Shown here one piece after another: positions 49,116 to 61,332 of a stretch of DNA of 64,000 bases. The stretch is from NCBI GenBank assembly GCA_963712745.1, contig CAVQJC010000011.1, positions 224,001-288,000 on the forward strand, in the 5' to 3' direction. This DNA is from an uncultured Chloroflexia bacterium. GTDB lineage: Bacteria > Chloroflexota > Limnocylindria > Limnocylindrales > CSP1-4. Position 1 is the stretch's first letter; every line of letters begins with the position of its first letter. Made by a program: the position numbers and the translations under genes. Below the pieces are notes generated by a model. That model had not been told where the DNA came from. It saw nothing but the letters and a program-made list of their open reading frames with translations, and searched no databases.

Positions 49116-50111
49116 ATGGATCGCCGGCCGTGGACGACAGCGGATCTCACGCCCAAACCGGGAGCGCCGGAACTCGTGGTGATCCAGGTCCGTGTGCCTG
49201 CCGAGCACCATTCCGGATTCGAGGACTGGCTGCGCCAATTCAACAGCGCCGTCGAGCTCTCGGCGGGCCACCTGGACTACGACCTCACCCCGCCTACGCC
49301 CGGCTTCGACGAGGACTGGGTCCTGGTCCACCGTTTCACCGACCGCACGTCGGCCGCAGCCTGGGTCGCATCTGGCGAACACGCGGAGCTGATCGCCACT
49401 CTCCGACCCCTGGCCCTTGGTGATATCGACGTCCATCTCTACACCTCCGACCCGCGCCGCCGGGGGCGGGTATCGGCGCTCTTCACGACCCGGGTCGACC
49501 AGGGACGCGAGCAGGAGTTCCTCCGATGGAGCACGCGGGTCGCGACAGCCCAGGCTGCCTTCGAGGGTTTCATCAGCTACCAGGTCGAGCCCCCGATCGA
49601 GGGCGTCCAGCCCGACTGGGTGGCAGTCCTCAGCTACGACACCGACGCCCACATGCGTGCGTGGCTCTCGTCCTCCGAGCGGGCGGCGTTGCTGGAGGAC
49701 GGGGCCTCGTTCGACTCCCGGGCGCGGGTCCACATCGTGCGCAACGACCTCGACGCCTGGTTCAACGCTCCCGGTGGGGCAAGGAAGGTGGCCCCGGCCT
49801 GGAAGCGCAACATGCTCGTGCTGCTCGTGCTCTACCCGGTGGTCTTCCTGACCGCTACTTGGATCCAGGATCCGTTGCTCACCGACAATGGTCTGCCCTT
49901 CTGGCTTGCGCTCTTCATCGCCAACATCATCTCCGTCCTGACCCTGGGCTGGATCCTGGTGCCCGCGGCCGACAAGCTCTTTGGCTGGTGGCTCTACCCC
50001 GAGGGTCGCAGCCGTCGACGGACGACGGTCATCGGCACCGGCGTGGTGGTGGCGTTGTATGGAGTCTCGCTGGTCCTGACCTCGTGGATCTCGACCTGGC
50101 CCTGGCCGTAG
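49116..50111 (+). CDS. Antibiotic-biosynthesis-monooxygenase-like (tandem ABM) membrane protein
   Basis: Two ABM-like repeats (FEDW.../FLRW...F.GF...W..S.ER), then P.WK...LYP and 3 TM helices. Confidence 0.78.
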   Translation: MDRRPWTTADLTPKPGAPELVVIQVRVPAEHHSGFEDWLRQFNSAVELSAGHLDYDLTPPTPGFDEDWVLVHRFTDRTSAAAWVASGEHAELIATLRPLALGDIDVHLYTSDPRRRGRVSALFTTRVDQGREQEFLRWSTRVATAQAAFEGFISYQVEPPIEGVQPDWVAVLSYDTDAHMRAWLSSSERAALLEDGASFDSRARVHIVRNDLDAWFNAPGGARKVAPAWKRNMLVLLVLYPVVFLTATWIQDPLLTDNGLPFWLALFIANIISVLTLGWILVPAADKLFGWWLYPEGRSRRRTTVIGTGVVVALYGVSLVLTSWISTWPWP

Positions 50112-50218
50112 GTATCTTTCAGGTGTGAAACGGCTTCCGATCGGCCGGTGGGAACGTGCCGCCGCTGGTGCCGGAGCCACGGGGCTGGGGTTCGGGTGAC
50201 TGGGACCTGTGGCCTGAG

Positions 50219-53200
50219 TCAGGCGTCGGAGGAGTCAGCTTCGTCGGCATCGAGCGGCTCCAGCCACCGCGTCTCGGGCAGTGGGCCCAGCAGTGGGTGC
50301 AGGCCGATCTCATCGATCAGCGCCATCGCGCGATCGCGCGCATCTGACACACGTCTGGAGCGGGCGGCGAGGAGTGCGGCATCGGCCCAGGCGTCGGCGG
50401 CCTTGAGCTTGAGCCCCAGGTCCTCCAGCTCCGCGGCCGCTGTCTCCACGGCCTGACCGGCGGTGTCATCGGCCAGTCCATCGAGCCAGCGCCACTCCGC
50501 GTGTCGCCGTCGCGGACCATCGGCTGGCCGTGCGTCCTGGTGCAGATCGACCGCTCGCTCCAGCGCCTCCCGATCGTCGAGGCGGAGGGCCATCCTGGCG
50601 AGCTCGTGCGCGACGAAGACGCGTTGGAGAGCCCATACGTCCGTATCGTTCGCAGCCCGGGCAAGGGTCTCGAGCGCACCGCGTGGATCATCAGGCCAGC
50701 GAGCCCATGCTCTCGCGAGCAACCATTCGGCGGCGATCTGCGGCTCCACCTCGGCGCTCGATGCCTCGGACTCGCCCAGGGCACGGTCGGCTGCGGCGAT
50801 ATCACCGCGCAACCGGTGGACGTTGGCCTGGTGGAGGTACATGTGCGCGAGCAGCGGTGCCGCTGTCGAGGCTGCGATCGCTTCGTCCAAGTAGTTCGAT
50901 GCCGCATCGAGACGCCCGAGCTCGACCACGTACTCAGCCTGATTGCCAGCCAACCAGGCGACCGTGTTGTCCGCAGCAGCGCGACGAGCTCTGTTCAGGC
51001 CCTCCTCGGTGAGCGCGACCAGCGGCCGAAGGTCGTCCCCGCGGTTGCTCCGGGTGGCGGGCAGGTTGATATAACAGCGAAGCAGCAGGTTCCGGTCGTC
51101 AGCAGCCTGGGCGAGTCGGAATGACTCCTCGAGCAGCTCGATCGCCTCATCCAGACGCCCAAGGAATGCATAGCTGACCCCCAGATCGTGCTTGGCCCAA
51201 CGCAGTGTCTCTGCACCGGCGCTTGCCTCTGCCTCATGGACCGCACGTTCGAGCCAGGGGGTGGCCTGCTCGACCGGCCCGGCACGCCAATATGTCCAGC
51301 CGAGGAACGCGAGCAACTTCGCGCGGCCGGGCGACGGGGGCCCTGGCTCCAGGGCTGTGATGCCCTCTCGGAGCAGGGCTCGCGCGCCATCCACGTCGCC
51401 GGTTTCGTAGCGGGCCACGCCCTGGACACTGCGCAGGCTCGCCAGGAGCTGCTCATCCGCTGGCGTTGGGTCAGGGAGTGCCAGCAAGCCTGCGGTAGCG
51501 TTTGCCATCACCGCTTCCCGGTCTGCGGGATCGCCGGCGGTCCATTCCGCTCTGGCGTACTCATCAGCAAGCGCGGCGATCTCCCGGGGCCCGACCCTCA
51601 GCTTGGCCGCCTGCGCGATTGCCAGTCGATACCAGCGGCCGGCGGGAGCGAGTTGGCTCATCGCCGAGGCACGGCGCGCAGCTCGCAGCGCGGCCGCCCG
51701 GGTCAGCTCCCGCAGGTTCCCGACATCGACGTCTCGGTCTACCGGCAGCTCCTCCTCGTAGGCGAGCGCGGCAGCGAGATGGCCGCCGATCAGCTCGGCG
51801 AACTCATCGATGCGGTCGGCCAGTTCTTCCTCCGCCCAGCGCGCGATCTTCACGTGAATGCGGGATCGCTCACGCTTGGGCAGTGATTCGTAGGCGACAT
51901 CGCGGATGAGAACATGGCGGAAGCCGTACTCGGCGGCACCGGCCAGCGACGACGGCTCGCGGTGCACCACCAGGTCCTTGACCCGCAGACCCCGGATGCG
52001 CTCGCTGGTGAGCGCCAGGCCCTCGCTCGAGATGTGGGCCACGAGCTGGTCCCAGAAGATGCGTCCGATGACGGCGGCATCCTGGGCCACTTGCTTCTCC
52101 TGACTCGGCAAGGTATCGAGGCGGGCTGTCAGCACGGCCTGTACCGAGCCCGGATCTCGATCTCGTCGACCGGTACAGCCAGCTGCCAGCGACCATCGAC
52201 GAACCGCAGCGCGCCGCGGTCGACGAGCATGCGCACCATCTCTTCGGCGAAGAGGGGGTTGCCCTCGGCCCGCGGGATGATGTGGTCACGTAGGACTGCA
52301 GGGACGCCCCCCTCGAGGAGACCCCCCAGGAGCGCGGTACTGGCCTCGGCATCGAGCGGTTCGAGCACGATCGCAGCGGCGTTGGGCAGGCCGCCGCCCC
52401 AGCCGGGCCTGATGCCAAGGAGCTCATGCCGAGCGAGGCAGAGGATGACCATCGGTCCCTCGCCCCAGCGGGCCAGGAAGTCCAGGAACGAGAGCACCCC
52501 GTCGTCAGCCCAGTGGATGTCCTCCACCACGAGCACCAATGGCTCCAACCGGGCGATGGCACCGAGGTATCGCCTCCAGGCCTCGAAGAGCTCCTCCCGT
52601 GGTCGCTCCCGTGGTTCCGCGATCCCGAGTACGGCTTCCAGAGCGTCCTCGACGCCGGCGTCGTCGGCGTCCAGGTCCAGCTCGGAGAGACGTGCACGCA
52701 GCTTGTCGCGGGCTGCCTCGGGGGAATCGTCGTCGTGGATGCGAGCATCCGACCGGACGACGTCAGCAAAAGGTCCGAAGCTGGGTCCCGCGTAGGCGAG
52801 GCAACGGCCCTTGCGCCAGTGGTACACATCGGGCAGCCCATCGAGATACTTCTCGAGCTCCCAGGTCAGGCGACTCTTGCCCACGCCAGCGCTGCCGATG
52901 ACGGTCACCAGATGGGGGCGGCCGTCTGCGACGGTGCGCCGGACCGTCTCCTTGAGCAGTGTCAGCTCGTTGTCGCGTCCCACCAGCGGCGACTCCAGTC
53001 CGAGCGGAGCCCGACGTCCTCCGCGCCCGCTCTTGACGGCGACAGCCCGCCAGGCCGCGACCGGCGCGCCCTTGCCCTTGAGCTCGAGCGCCGGCAGCTC
53101 GGCGTGCTCGATGACATCGCGAGTAGCGCTGTACGTGGAAGGGCCGATGGCGACCGTGCCGGGCGCCGCGGCCGCCTGGAGTCGGGCAGCGGTGTTGACC

Positions 53201-53790
53201 GCATCACCGGTGACGAAGAGGTCTCGCTCCTCCGCGGCCCGGGACTGGTCCACCAGGACCTCTCCTGTCTCGACCCCGATGCGCAGGGCCAGCTCGGGAC
53301 GCTCGCCCGCCGTGGCCGCGAGTCCGGCCATGACCGCCTGCATCTCCAGGGCCGCCCGCACGGCCCGCTCGGGGTCGTCCTCGTGGGCGACCGGCACGCC
53401 GAAGACCGCTAGCAGGGCATCCCCAGCGAACTTCTCGATGGTGCCCTCGTAGCGCCGGACCTCGATGGAGAGGCGCTCGAACGTATCGCCAACGAGAGAT
53501 GACACGAGCTCGGGATCGTGCGTCTCGCCCAACCCAGTGAAGCCCACCAGGTCGGCGAACAGAAGCGTGGCCACCTTGCGCTCGCGGACGCGGTCGCGTC
53601 GCTGGTCCCTGCTTCGACTGTCGTTCGCGCCGACAGCGGCCCCCGAGGCCGCACCGCAGTGCTTGCAGAAGCGTGCATCTACATCGAGGGACGCGCCGCA
53701 TGCCCCGCATCGAGCCTCCACGGCGAGACCGCAGCCCGGGCAGAACCGGGCGTCGTCATCCAGCCTTCGGCTGCAGCCATGACATTCCAT
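50219..53790 (-). CDS. Double zinc ribbon - class III adenylate/guanylate cyclase - STAND ATPase - TPR protein (frameshift near 52150)
   Basis: Four CXXC; LFADLVGFT, EKFAGDA, GDAVNTAARL; Walker A GSAGVGKS, Walker B VVEDIHWAD, GNPLF; FRHVLIRDVAY; TPR-like helices. Confidence 0.92.
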
Positions 53791-54047
53791 CGACGCACCC
53801 TACAGGATTCGGATCTTGGGGCTAGATGGCTGGCGCACGCCGAGTTCGCGCTGTCCCCACAGTCCGCAGAACGCTATCCGTTGCTGCGCGACCCCTCCCG
53901 GCTTGCGCCGTCAGAGTGCCCTCGCGGACGGGAGAGACAGTCCGTCCGGCAGTGTCGGTGGAGCCCCGGGGGTGCGAACATGACGACCCACGCCATCCGA
54001 CTGCACGCCGGATCCCCCACGGCCGGTCACCGCAGGGGGTTCCACCC

Positions 54048-56040
54048 ATGCTCGCACCGCGCTTCGCCCTCGCCGCCGCTCTGCTCACGGGCGTCTGTGT
54101 CCGCACCCGCATCCGCCGCCGAGCCTGCACCGGCGTTCGCGCCGCCATTCGAGCCTGCTGCCTGCCCGTTCATCCTGCCGACCGGCCAGGTCGAGGGCGA
54201 GACCGTGGAGTGCGGCTATGTCGTCGTGCCGGAGGACCGCTCCGATCCGGACTCGGGCACCATCCGCATCGCGACGGCCATCTTCCATCCTCCCGGCGGG
54301 GCGACGCATCCCGACCCCGTCGTGTACCTGGAGGGCGGACCCGGCGGCAGCCCCCTGAAGCTGGCCGGGACGCTGCGCGACTTCGACAGCTCCTACCGTC
54401 CCTTCCTCGAGTCGGGCCGCGACCTGATCCTCGTCGACCAGCGCGGCGTCGGGTTCTCAGAGCCGGCGCTCGAGTGCCCGGCCTTCAGCCAGCTCTATCT
54501 CGACCTCCTCGACCAGCGCCTCGGTGAAGACCCGGAGCGCGTCAGCGGGGACAGGATGCGTGCCCTCAAGGTCGAGGCCCTGGCCGCGTGTGCAGACGAC
54601 CTGAGGGCATCGGCCGACCTGGGCGCGTACAACACCGCCGAGATCGGCGCCGACATCGAGGACCTGCGCGTCGCGCTCGGGCTCGAGCAGCTGAACCTGT
54701 GGGGCACGTCGTACGGCACCTGGGTGGCGCTGGCTGCCATGCGCGACCACCCCGGCGGCATCCGCAGCGTCATCCTCGATGCTCCGCTGACTCCGGAGGC
54801 CGATGTCTACGTCGACGCACCATCCAGCTTCGCCCGAGCCCTCGAAGAGGTCTTCGCCGCCTGCGCCGCGGATGCCGAGTGCGCACAGGCATTCCCGGAG
54901 CTGCCCGCTGTCCTGGCCGCGACGGTGGAACGGCTCGACGCTGTCCCGGTCGCGGTCGACATCCTCGATCCCATCGAAGGCCGGCGGGTGGACATGCTGA
55001 TCGACGGTTCGACCTTCCTCGAGCTGGTGTTCAGAGCGCTCTACCAGGCACCCATGCGGGCGGCCCTGCCCGCGATGATCGCCGATGCTCGCGAGGGGGA
55101 GTTCAGCACGCTCCTCAACATCGCTCAACTCGACGTGCTGCGGCAGGGCTTCCGCAGCTGGGGCATGTACTACTCGGTGCTGTGCCACGACGAGGTGCCT
55201 TTCTCCTCGCTCGAGGCCTTCGAGTCTGCTGCGGACGAGCATCCTGAGCTGGCCGGCATGTACAGCCACTTCGAGATCGGACCACTGCCGTTCGAGCTGT
55301 GCCCACTGTGGGACGCTGGCGCCGCGCCGCCGACCGAGAACCGCCCGGTCGATGGCGACATCCCTGTGCTGATCACGACCGGCCAGTACGACCCCATCGT
55401 GCCCCCGACCTGGGGCCGGCGGGCCACCGAAACGCTGACCGGCGCCTCCTTCCATGTGTTCCCAGGGCTGGCCCATGGCGCGAGCGGATCGCCGTGCGCC
55501 ACCGAGATGATGCTGGCATTCCTTGAGCAGCCCACGGCTGCGATCGATGCATCCTGCATCGCCGCGATGCCGATCGCGCCATTCGACATCCCCTCGGGCA
55601 CCGCCGCTGCCGTCGAGATCACGCTCGAGCCCTTCTCCAGCGACGCGGTCGGATTGCGAGGGGTTCGTCCCGGCGGCTGGAGCGAGCTTGCGCCCGGGCA
55701 GTTCGGCCGCAGGGCCACCGCCACCGATCCCACGTCGCTCGTCGTGGCACCACTGCCGCTGCTACATGACCAGGCGCTGGCGCTGCTGACCGACCGGTTC
55801 GGTCTGACTGGACCGCCAGAGCCGCTCGCGACGGTCTCGGCCGGCGAGCTCGACTGGACCCGCTACGGCACGGAGGTGCAGGGTGTGGCCATCGACTTCG
55901 CTATCGCGCCGTCAGGTGAGACCTCGCTCATCGCCGTGCTCACGAGTGCTCCCGCGGAGCGCGACCAGCTCGTCGACTCGGTCCTGCTACCGGTCATCGA
56001 AGGCCTTCGCCCGCTCAGCCAGGACTCCGGGAGCACATAG
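54048..56040 (+). CDS. Secreted alpha/beta hydrolase, TAP-like (apparent frameshift near 54095 in the signal peptide)
   Basis: ECGYVVVPEDR, LEGGPGG, DQRGVG.S.PAL.C, GTSYG nucleophile, GQYDPIVP, AHG; MLAPRFALAAALL lies in the adjacent frame. Confidence 0.85.
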
Positions 56041-56200
56041 AGGTTCGAGCCCGGTGGCCAGGGTTGCTGCGCCCAGGGCGGCGAGGGGAAACGAGTCTAG
56101 GGTAGTGTCGGTGGCAGGCACTGGCCGGCATGGCCATCGCCCGCCGTGGAGGCTTCAGGTGTCGCTAGTGACTGGGTAGCAGTCACCAGGAGGTAGAAAC

Positions 56201-57541
56201 GTGACCGAACAGTTCTTCAACGAGGTCTCAGGCCCCATCCCGTTCGCCGGAAAGGGCTCAGGAGAGCCGCTGTCGTTCAAGGTCTACGACCCCGATCGGA
56301 TGGTTCTTGGGAGGCGTATGGAGGAACACCTGCGTATCGGCGTCTGCCTCTGGCATTCGTTCGCGTGGGACGGCCGCGACATGTTCGGGGCCGGGACCCT
56401 CGATCGCCCGTGGCTCGACCCCTCGCTCGAGCCGATGGCCGCGGCGCGCTTGAAGATGGCCGCGGTGTTCGAGTTCCTCGAGAAGCTCGGCGTGCCCTAC
56501 TACTGCTTCCACGACGTGGACGTGGCGCCGGAGGGTGATTCCTACCGCGAGCTGCACGACAACCTGGACGCGCTCACCGAGGACGCCCTGGGCTACCAGG
56601 AGCGGACTGGCACCCAGCTACTGTGGGGCACGGCCAACCTGTTCACCAATCGGCGCTACCAGGCCGGCGCCGCGACCAACCCTGATCCCGAGGTCTTCGC
56701 CTACGCCGCAGCGCAGGTCTGTCACATGCTCGAGGTCACCCAGCGCCTGGGTGGCACCAACTATGTGCTGTGGGGCGGCCGAGAGGGCTACGACACGCCG
56801 CTCAACACGGACTTCCGCCGTGAAGGAGACCAGCTGGCACGGTTCCTGCACCTCGTAGCCGAGCACAAGGCCAAGATCGGCTTCGAGGGGACCCTGCTGA
56901 TCGAGCCCAAGCCGCAGGAGCCGACGAAGCACCAGTACGACTACGACTCTGCCACGGTGCACGGCTTCCTCACCCGCTATGGCCTCGACGGCGAGTACCG
57001 GCTCAACATCGAGGCCAACCACGCCACGCTGGCGGGCCACAGCTTCCATCACGAAGTCGCGTATGCGATGGCCAACGGCATGTTCGGCTCCATCGATGCC
57101 AACCGGGGCGACCCCCAGGTCGGCTGGGACACCGACCAGTTCCCGAACTCCGTCGAGGACCTGGTCATGCCCATGTACATCCTCTTGCAGGGCGGTGGTT
57201 TCACCACCGGCGGCTTCAACTTCGACGCCAAGCTGCGCCGTCAGTCCACCGACCGTAACGACCTGTTCCACGCCCACATCGGTGGCATCGACACCCTGGC
57301 CAGGGCCCTGCTCGTGGCCGCGGACATGGTCGAGGACGGCACCCTCGCGTCGATGGTCGAGGAGCGCTACGCGGGCTGGTCGGGCCACCTCGGCAAGACG
57401 ATCATGGACAGCGGCGCCTCGCTGTCCGACCTCGCTGGCCGAGTCAAGGCCGGTGAGATCGATCCGAGCCCGGTCAGTGGCCAGCAGGAACTCTACGAGA
57501 ACGTCGTCAACCACCACATCTGGGCAGGGTCGAACGACTAG
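56201..57541 (+). CDS. xylA: Xylose isomerase (class II)
   Basis: [62 protein letters not shown]. Confidence 0.97.
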   Translation: MTEQFFNEVSGPIPFAGKGSGEPLSFKVYDPDRMVLGRRMEEHLRIGVCLWHSFAWDGRDMFGAGTLDRPWLDPSLEPMAAARLKMAAVFEFLEKLGVPYYCFHDVDVAPEGDSYRELHDNLDALTEDALGYQERTGTQLLWGTANLFTNRRYQAGAATNPDPEVFAYAAAQVCHMLEVTQRLGGTNYVLWGGREGYDTPLNTDFRREGDQLARFLHLVAEHKAKIGFEGTLLIEPKPQEPTKHQYDYDSATVHGFLTRYGLDGEYRLNIEANHATLAGHSFHHEVAYAMANGMFGSIDANRGDPQVGWDTDQFPNSVEDLVMPMYILLQGGGFTTGGFNFDAKLRRQSTDRNDLFHAHIGGIDTLARALLVAADMVEDGTLASMVEERYAGWSGHLGKTIMDSGASLSDLAGRVKAGEIDPSPVSGQQELYENVVNHHIWAGSND

Positions 57542-57803
57542 CCCGTCAAGCAGCGGAGCCGGCACCAGGCACGGCTCCGCTGGCTTCGGGGAGCCTGGAG
57601 CCCGGCGGACCCGCCCAGCCTTCGCTGGCGCGGCGCGGGCGGTGAGGGCCTGGATCCACGACGCAACCGATCAGGCGGACTGATGGCTGCCGAGGACGAG
57701 TCGACCTTCGATCGTCTGGCCTGGAGCTCACGATGGCCCGACCGTGTCGGTGTATCGACCACGGCCGCGCCCGCGTGGCACAGCCGTGGTCGATGCTTCT
57801 TGC

Positions 57804-58189
57804 CTACCTACCCCGGATGGGACACTTGAAGTCCTTCGCAGCTCCCGCTCGATCGTGACGTCGCCCGCCGCCGCGGCGGCCAGGATGTCGGCCTCGGAGG
57901 TCAGCAGGGTCGGATCGGTGTTGAAGGTCACCTCCCGAACGGCCCACTTGCCACCGTGGTAGCCCTTGTCGCCGGGGCCCACCGCGGCCACGGCACCCTG
58001 CTCCTCACCGGGGAAGATGTAGAGCGCGTCGCGACCTTCTTGCGGCGAGGCCGCCGGTGGGACGATCGTCCGGACCAGTTGGCCGTCGAGCCAGAGCGTT
58101 CCGGTCGCTGGCTTGCCTGCGAAAGCCGGTGCCGCCGAGGCGATGACGAGGAGGCTCGTGAGCACGAGCCCGATGATGAGATGACGCAT
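57804..58189 (-). CDS. Small secreted hypothetical protein (probable frameshift near 57845)
   Basis: RBS AGGAG, signal peptide AFA-GK, GYHGGKW.V..V, LLTSEADI; restoring the frame gives ...KDFKCPIRGR*. Confidence 0.65.
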
Positions 58190-58479
58190 GGCGTCTCCTC
58201 TCCGCTGAGGCCAGGTTCTCCGGCCGTCGGTACGCACGCTCTGCCTCTGCTGCGACGGTGGCGTGGCGGCCCGATGACGGAGCCGTGACCGTCGTGACGG
58301 GCGGATGACGCTCGTCGTTGGACATGCGGCGCGTCTTGTGCTGCTGATGCATCACGGAGCGCCCGTCAGCCTGGACTGAGGTCGCCTATCTGCTTACTCC
58401 ACCCTGACATCGGCGTGCCAGCACCCTGACGCCCAGGCCTGAGACTCCTTCCCATGAGAGGCCTCCACATCCGTGACCG

Positions 58480-59865
58480 ATGGCAACGCTGACGCACTCG
58501 GGCCCGGCTCCTGTGGGCCGCCACCTCGCTCAGCCTCGGACGTGGCCGATCCGTCCCACGGACATCGTGGTGACCCTGTTCGCGGCCGGGCTTCTCGTGG
58601 CCGGCATGTGGGTCGCCCATGGCGGACTCGACCAGCTGGGCACGCCCGCCGGGCTGATGACAGGCCTCGGTCAGGTCACGGCGCTGATCGGGACCTACCT
58701 CGCCCTCGCCCAGATCGTGCTCATGGCGCGCGTGCCCTGGATCGACCACGTCGTCGGCAGTGACAAGCTCATGGCCTGGCACCGCTGGCTGGGCATCGGC
58801 ACCATCACGCTCATCCTCACCCACGTCCTCCTGACCACGACCGGCTGGGCCATGTCATCGGGCTCGGGCGTGGTGGCCGAGTTCCTGGCCATGAACGAGC
58901 TGTGGGACGTTCTCATCGCCACCGTCGGCACCGCGCTCCTGACCATCGTGGCCATCACCTCCATCGCCGCGGTCCGCCGCCGCCTTGCGTACGAGACCTG
59001 GTACGGCCTTCACCTGTACGCGTACCTGGGCATCGTGCTGGCCTTCGGCCACCAGATCGCCATCGGCGCCGACTTCATCGGCGATCCAGTGGCCCTCTGG
59101 TTCTGGATCGGGCTCTACGCCGTCACCTTCGGCCTGCTCATCTGGTATCGGGTGCTGACGCCGATGCGCACGTCTGCTCGACACCGACTGCGCGTGGCCG
59201 CAGTCGTCCGCGAGGCGCCAAGCGTCGTGTCCATCTACCTGACGGGCCGCGATCTGCACGAGCTCCCGCTGCGGGCCGGCCAGTTCTTCCACGTCCGCTT
59301 CCTGCGTCGGGGTGGCTGGTGGCGGCCACACCCGTTCTCGATCTCGGCGGCGCCGAACGGCGAGTACCTGCGACTGACCATCAAGGACCTCGGCGACGAC
59401 TCGCATCGCATGCTGTCGATGCCGGCCGGCACACCCGTCTTCATCGAAGGTCCGTACGGAGCCTTCACGCGGGAGGTCATCAAGCGGGACCGCGTGGTGA
59501 TGCTCGCCGGCGGCGTGGGTGTGACCCCGCTTCGGGCGATCTTCGAAGATCTGGAGCCCGGTAGCCAGCACATCACCTTCCTCTACCGCGAGGGCAACCC
59601 CGCCGAGACCATCTTCCGGGAGGAGCTGCTCGCGCTCGCAGCCCGGCACCGTGCGGAGGTCCGCTTCCTCGAAGGGCACCGCGGCAGCCCGGCCATGCCG
59701 GTCGATCCGATGGAGCCGCGGTGGCTCCGATCACTCGCGCCACACATCGCCGGGTCGGACGTGCTCGTGTGCGGCTCCAGGTCGTTCACCGAGTGCGTGC
59801 TGGCCTCACTCGACACGCTGGGCGTCCCGGCCCGGCACATCCACGCCGAACGCTTTGGGTACTGA
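58480..59865 (+). CDS. Ferric-reductase-like transmembrane protein with FAD/NAD-binding domains
   Basis: Heme histidines WHRW, THV, LHLY, GHQ; GQFF, HPFSIS, EGPYG, AGGVGVTP, VCG, HAERF. Confidence 0.92.
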   Translation: MATLTHSGPAPVGRHLAQPRTWPIRPTDIVVTLFAAGLLVAGMWVAHGGLDQLGTPAGLMTGLGQVTALIGTYLALAQIVLMARVPWIDHVVGSDKLMAWHRWLGIGTITLILTHVLLTTTGWAMSSGSGVVAEFLAMNELWDVLIATVGTALLTIVAITSIAAVRRRLAYETWYGLHLYAYLGIVLAFGHQIAIGADFIGDPVALWFWIGLYAVTFGLLIWYRVLTPMRTSARHRLRVAAVVREAPSVVSIYLTGRDLHELPLRAGQFFHVRFLRRGGWWRPHPFSISAAPNGEYLRLTIKDLGDDSHRMLSMPAGTPVFIEGPYGAFTREVIKRDRVVMLAGGVGVTPLRAIFEDLEPGSQHITFLYREGNPAETIFREELLALAARHRAEVRFLEGHRGSPAMPVDPMEPRWLRSLAPHIAGSDVLVCGSRSFTECVLASLDTLGVPARHIHAERFGY

Positions 59866-59866
59866 C

Positions 59867-60445
59867 ATGCAGAACGATCAACGCGAACCCTCCCGCCTAC
59901 CCGTCAGGGGCACATTCGGCCTGGTCGGCACGGTGGCCGCCCTGGCGCTCCTGCTCTCGTTCCGCAGCGCGCCCTCGCTCCCGCCGGGGGCGACCGTGGC
60001 CAACGACGACGAGGAGACTCAGGCCATCGCCGCCACAGCGACCGAGTCCGGTGCCGCCGAGGCCGAGTCGGAGCCTGGCGCCGCAGCCCAGGCATCGGTC
60101 TCGGAGGTCGCCCCGGAGGAGACCATCGAGGCCGCCGCCGAACCGGTCACCGAGCTTGCCACCGGTGAGGCGCTCACCGCCACGGGCGACGCCATCACCA
60201 TCCGCTGGGGTGAGGTGCAGGTGGCCGTGACCGTTGAGGGCGACGACATCATCGACGTCGCGACGCTGGCCATGCCCATGAGTGACCGCCGCTCGCAGCG
60301 CATCAACACCTACGCCGAGCCGGTCCTGCGCGAAGAGGCCATCGCCATCGATAGCTCGGACGTCTCGGTCGTCTCCGGCGCCACGTACACCAGCCAGGCC
60401 TACGCGTCGTCACTGCAGTCCGCCCTGGACCAGCTGGGCGCCTGA
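59867..60445 (+). CDS. Extracytoplasmic FMN-binding protein
   Basis: N-terminal TM helix, acidic linker, WGEVQV, flavinylation motif VVSGATYTS..Y..SLQSALD. Confidence 0.9.
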   Translation: MQNDQREPSRLPVRGTFGLVGTVAALALLLSFRSAPSLPPGATVANDDEETQAIAATATESGAAEAESEPGAAAQASVSEVAPEETIEAAAEPVTELATGEALTATGDAITIRWGEVQVAVTVEGDDIIDVATLAMPMSDRRSQRINTYAEPVLREEAIAIDSSDVSVVSGATYTSQAYASSLQSALDQLGA

Positions 60446-61242
60446 TGGTCATCGCATCGGCGCCACCGCCCGGCATCGCCACCCGCGATCCGGGGCGCCG
60501 GCGTGTCGAACGCGCGATGGGCACGATGATCAGCCTCTATCTGCCTGACGGCGGGGCTTCCTCGCCTCCGGTCGATGCCGCCTTCGCCTGGCTCCACGAG
60601 GTCGACGATCGGTTCAGCCCGTTCAAACCGGATAGCGAGGTCGGCCGCATGATGCGCGGAGAGGTTCGGCTGTCCCAGTCATCGGCCGACCTGGCCGAGG
60701 TGCTGGAGATCGCAGACACCGTGGAAGTGCTCAGCGGGGGCGCCTTCGATATCCGCGGCCACCGCGAGGATGGCCGGCCTGATCCGACTGGGGTGGTGAA
60801 GGGCTGGTCGATCGATCGCGCCGGCGCCATCCTCGCGGCCGCGGGCATCGCCCGGTTCTGCTTGACCGCCGGCGGCGATGTGCTCGTTCGCGGCGGGCAG
60901 GAGAAGGGTGTGCCCTGGAAGGTGGGTATCGCCCATCCCTTCGAGCCCGATTCCGTTGCGCTCGTGCTGCAGGGCGACGATCTTGCCGTGGCCACTTCGG
61001 GAACGACCGAGCGCGGGCATCACATCACCGATCCCCACTCGGGCAAGGCGGCCGACGAGCTGCTGACGGTGACCGTGGCCGGCCCCGACCTGGCGCGCGC
61101 TGACGCCTACGCCACGGCCGCATTCGCCATGGGCCGTGAAGGCCTGCGCTGGGTGGACGCGCTGCCGGGCTACTACGCCGCCGGCATCACCCACGACGCT
61201 CGCCTCGTCTCCACGCGAGGCCTCGATCGCCTCCGCGCCTGA
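60445..61242 (+). CDS. apbE: FAD:protein FMN transferase
   Basis: MGT, FSPFKPDSE, SGGAFD, DPTGVVKGW, AGGD, AVATSG, HITDP, ADAYATA. Confidence 0.92.
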   Translation: MVIASAPPPGIATRDPGRRRVERAMGTMISLYLPDGGASSPPVDAAFAWLHEVDDRFSPFKPDSEVGRMMRGEVRLSQSSADLAEVLEIADTVEVLSGGAFDIRGHREDGRPDPTGVVKGWSIDRAGAILAAAGIARFCLTAGGDVLVRGGQEKGVPWKVGIAHPFEPDSVALVLQGDDLAVATSGTTERGHHITDPHSGKAADELLTVTVAGPDLARADAYATAAFAMGREGLRWVDALPGYYAAGITHDARLVSTRGLDRLRA

Positions 61243-61332
61243 CAGGAGGCGCAGACGGTAGGTCCGCGTGTGTGATGCAATCGACGCTGACATCGTCACG
61301 GATGCACGACACGCTTGCTGGAGGGAGCCACC

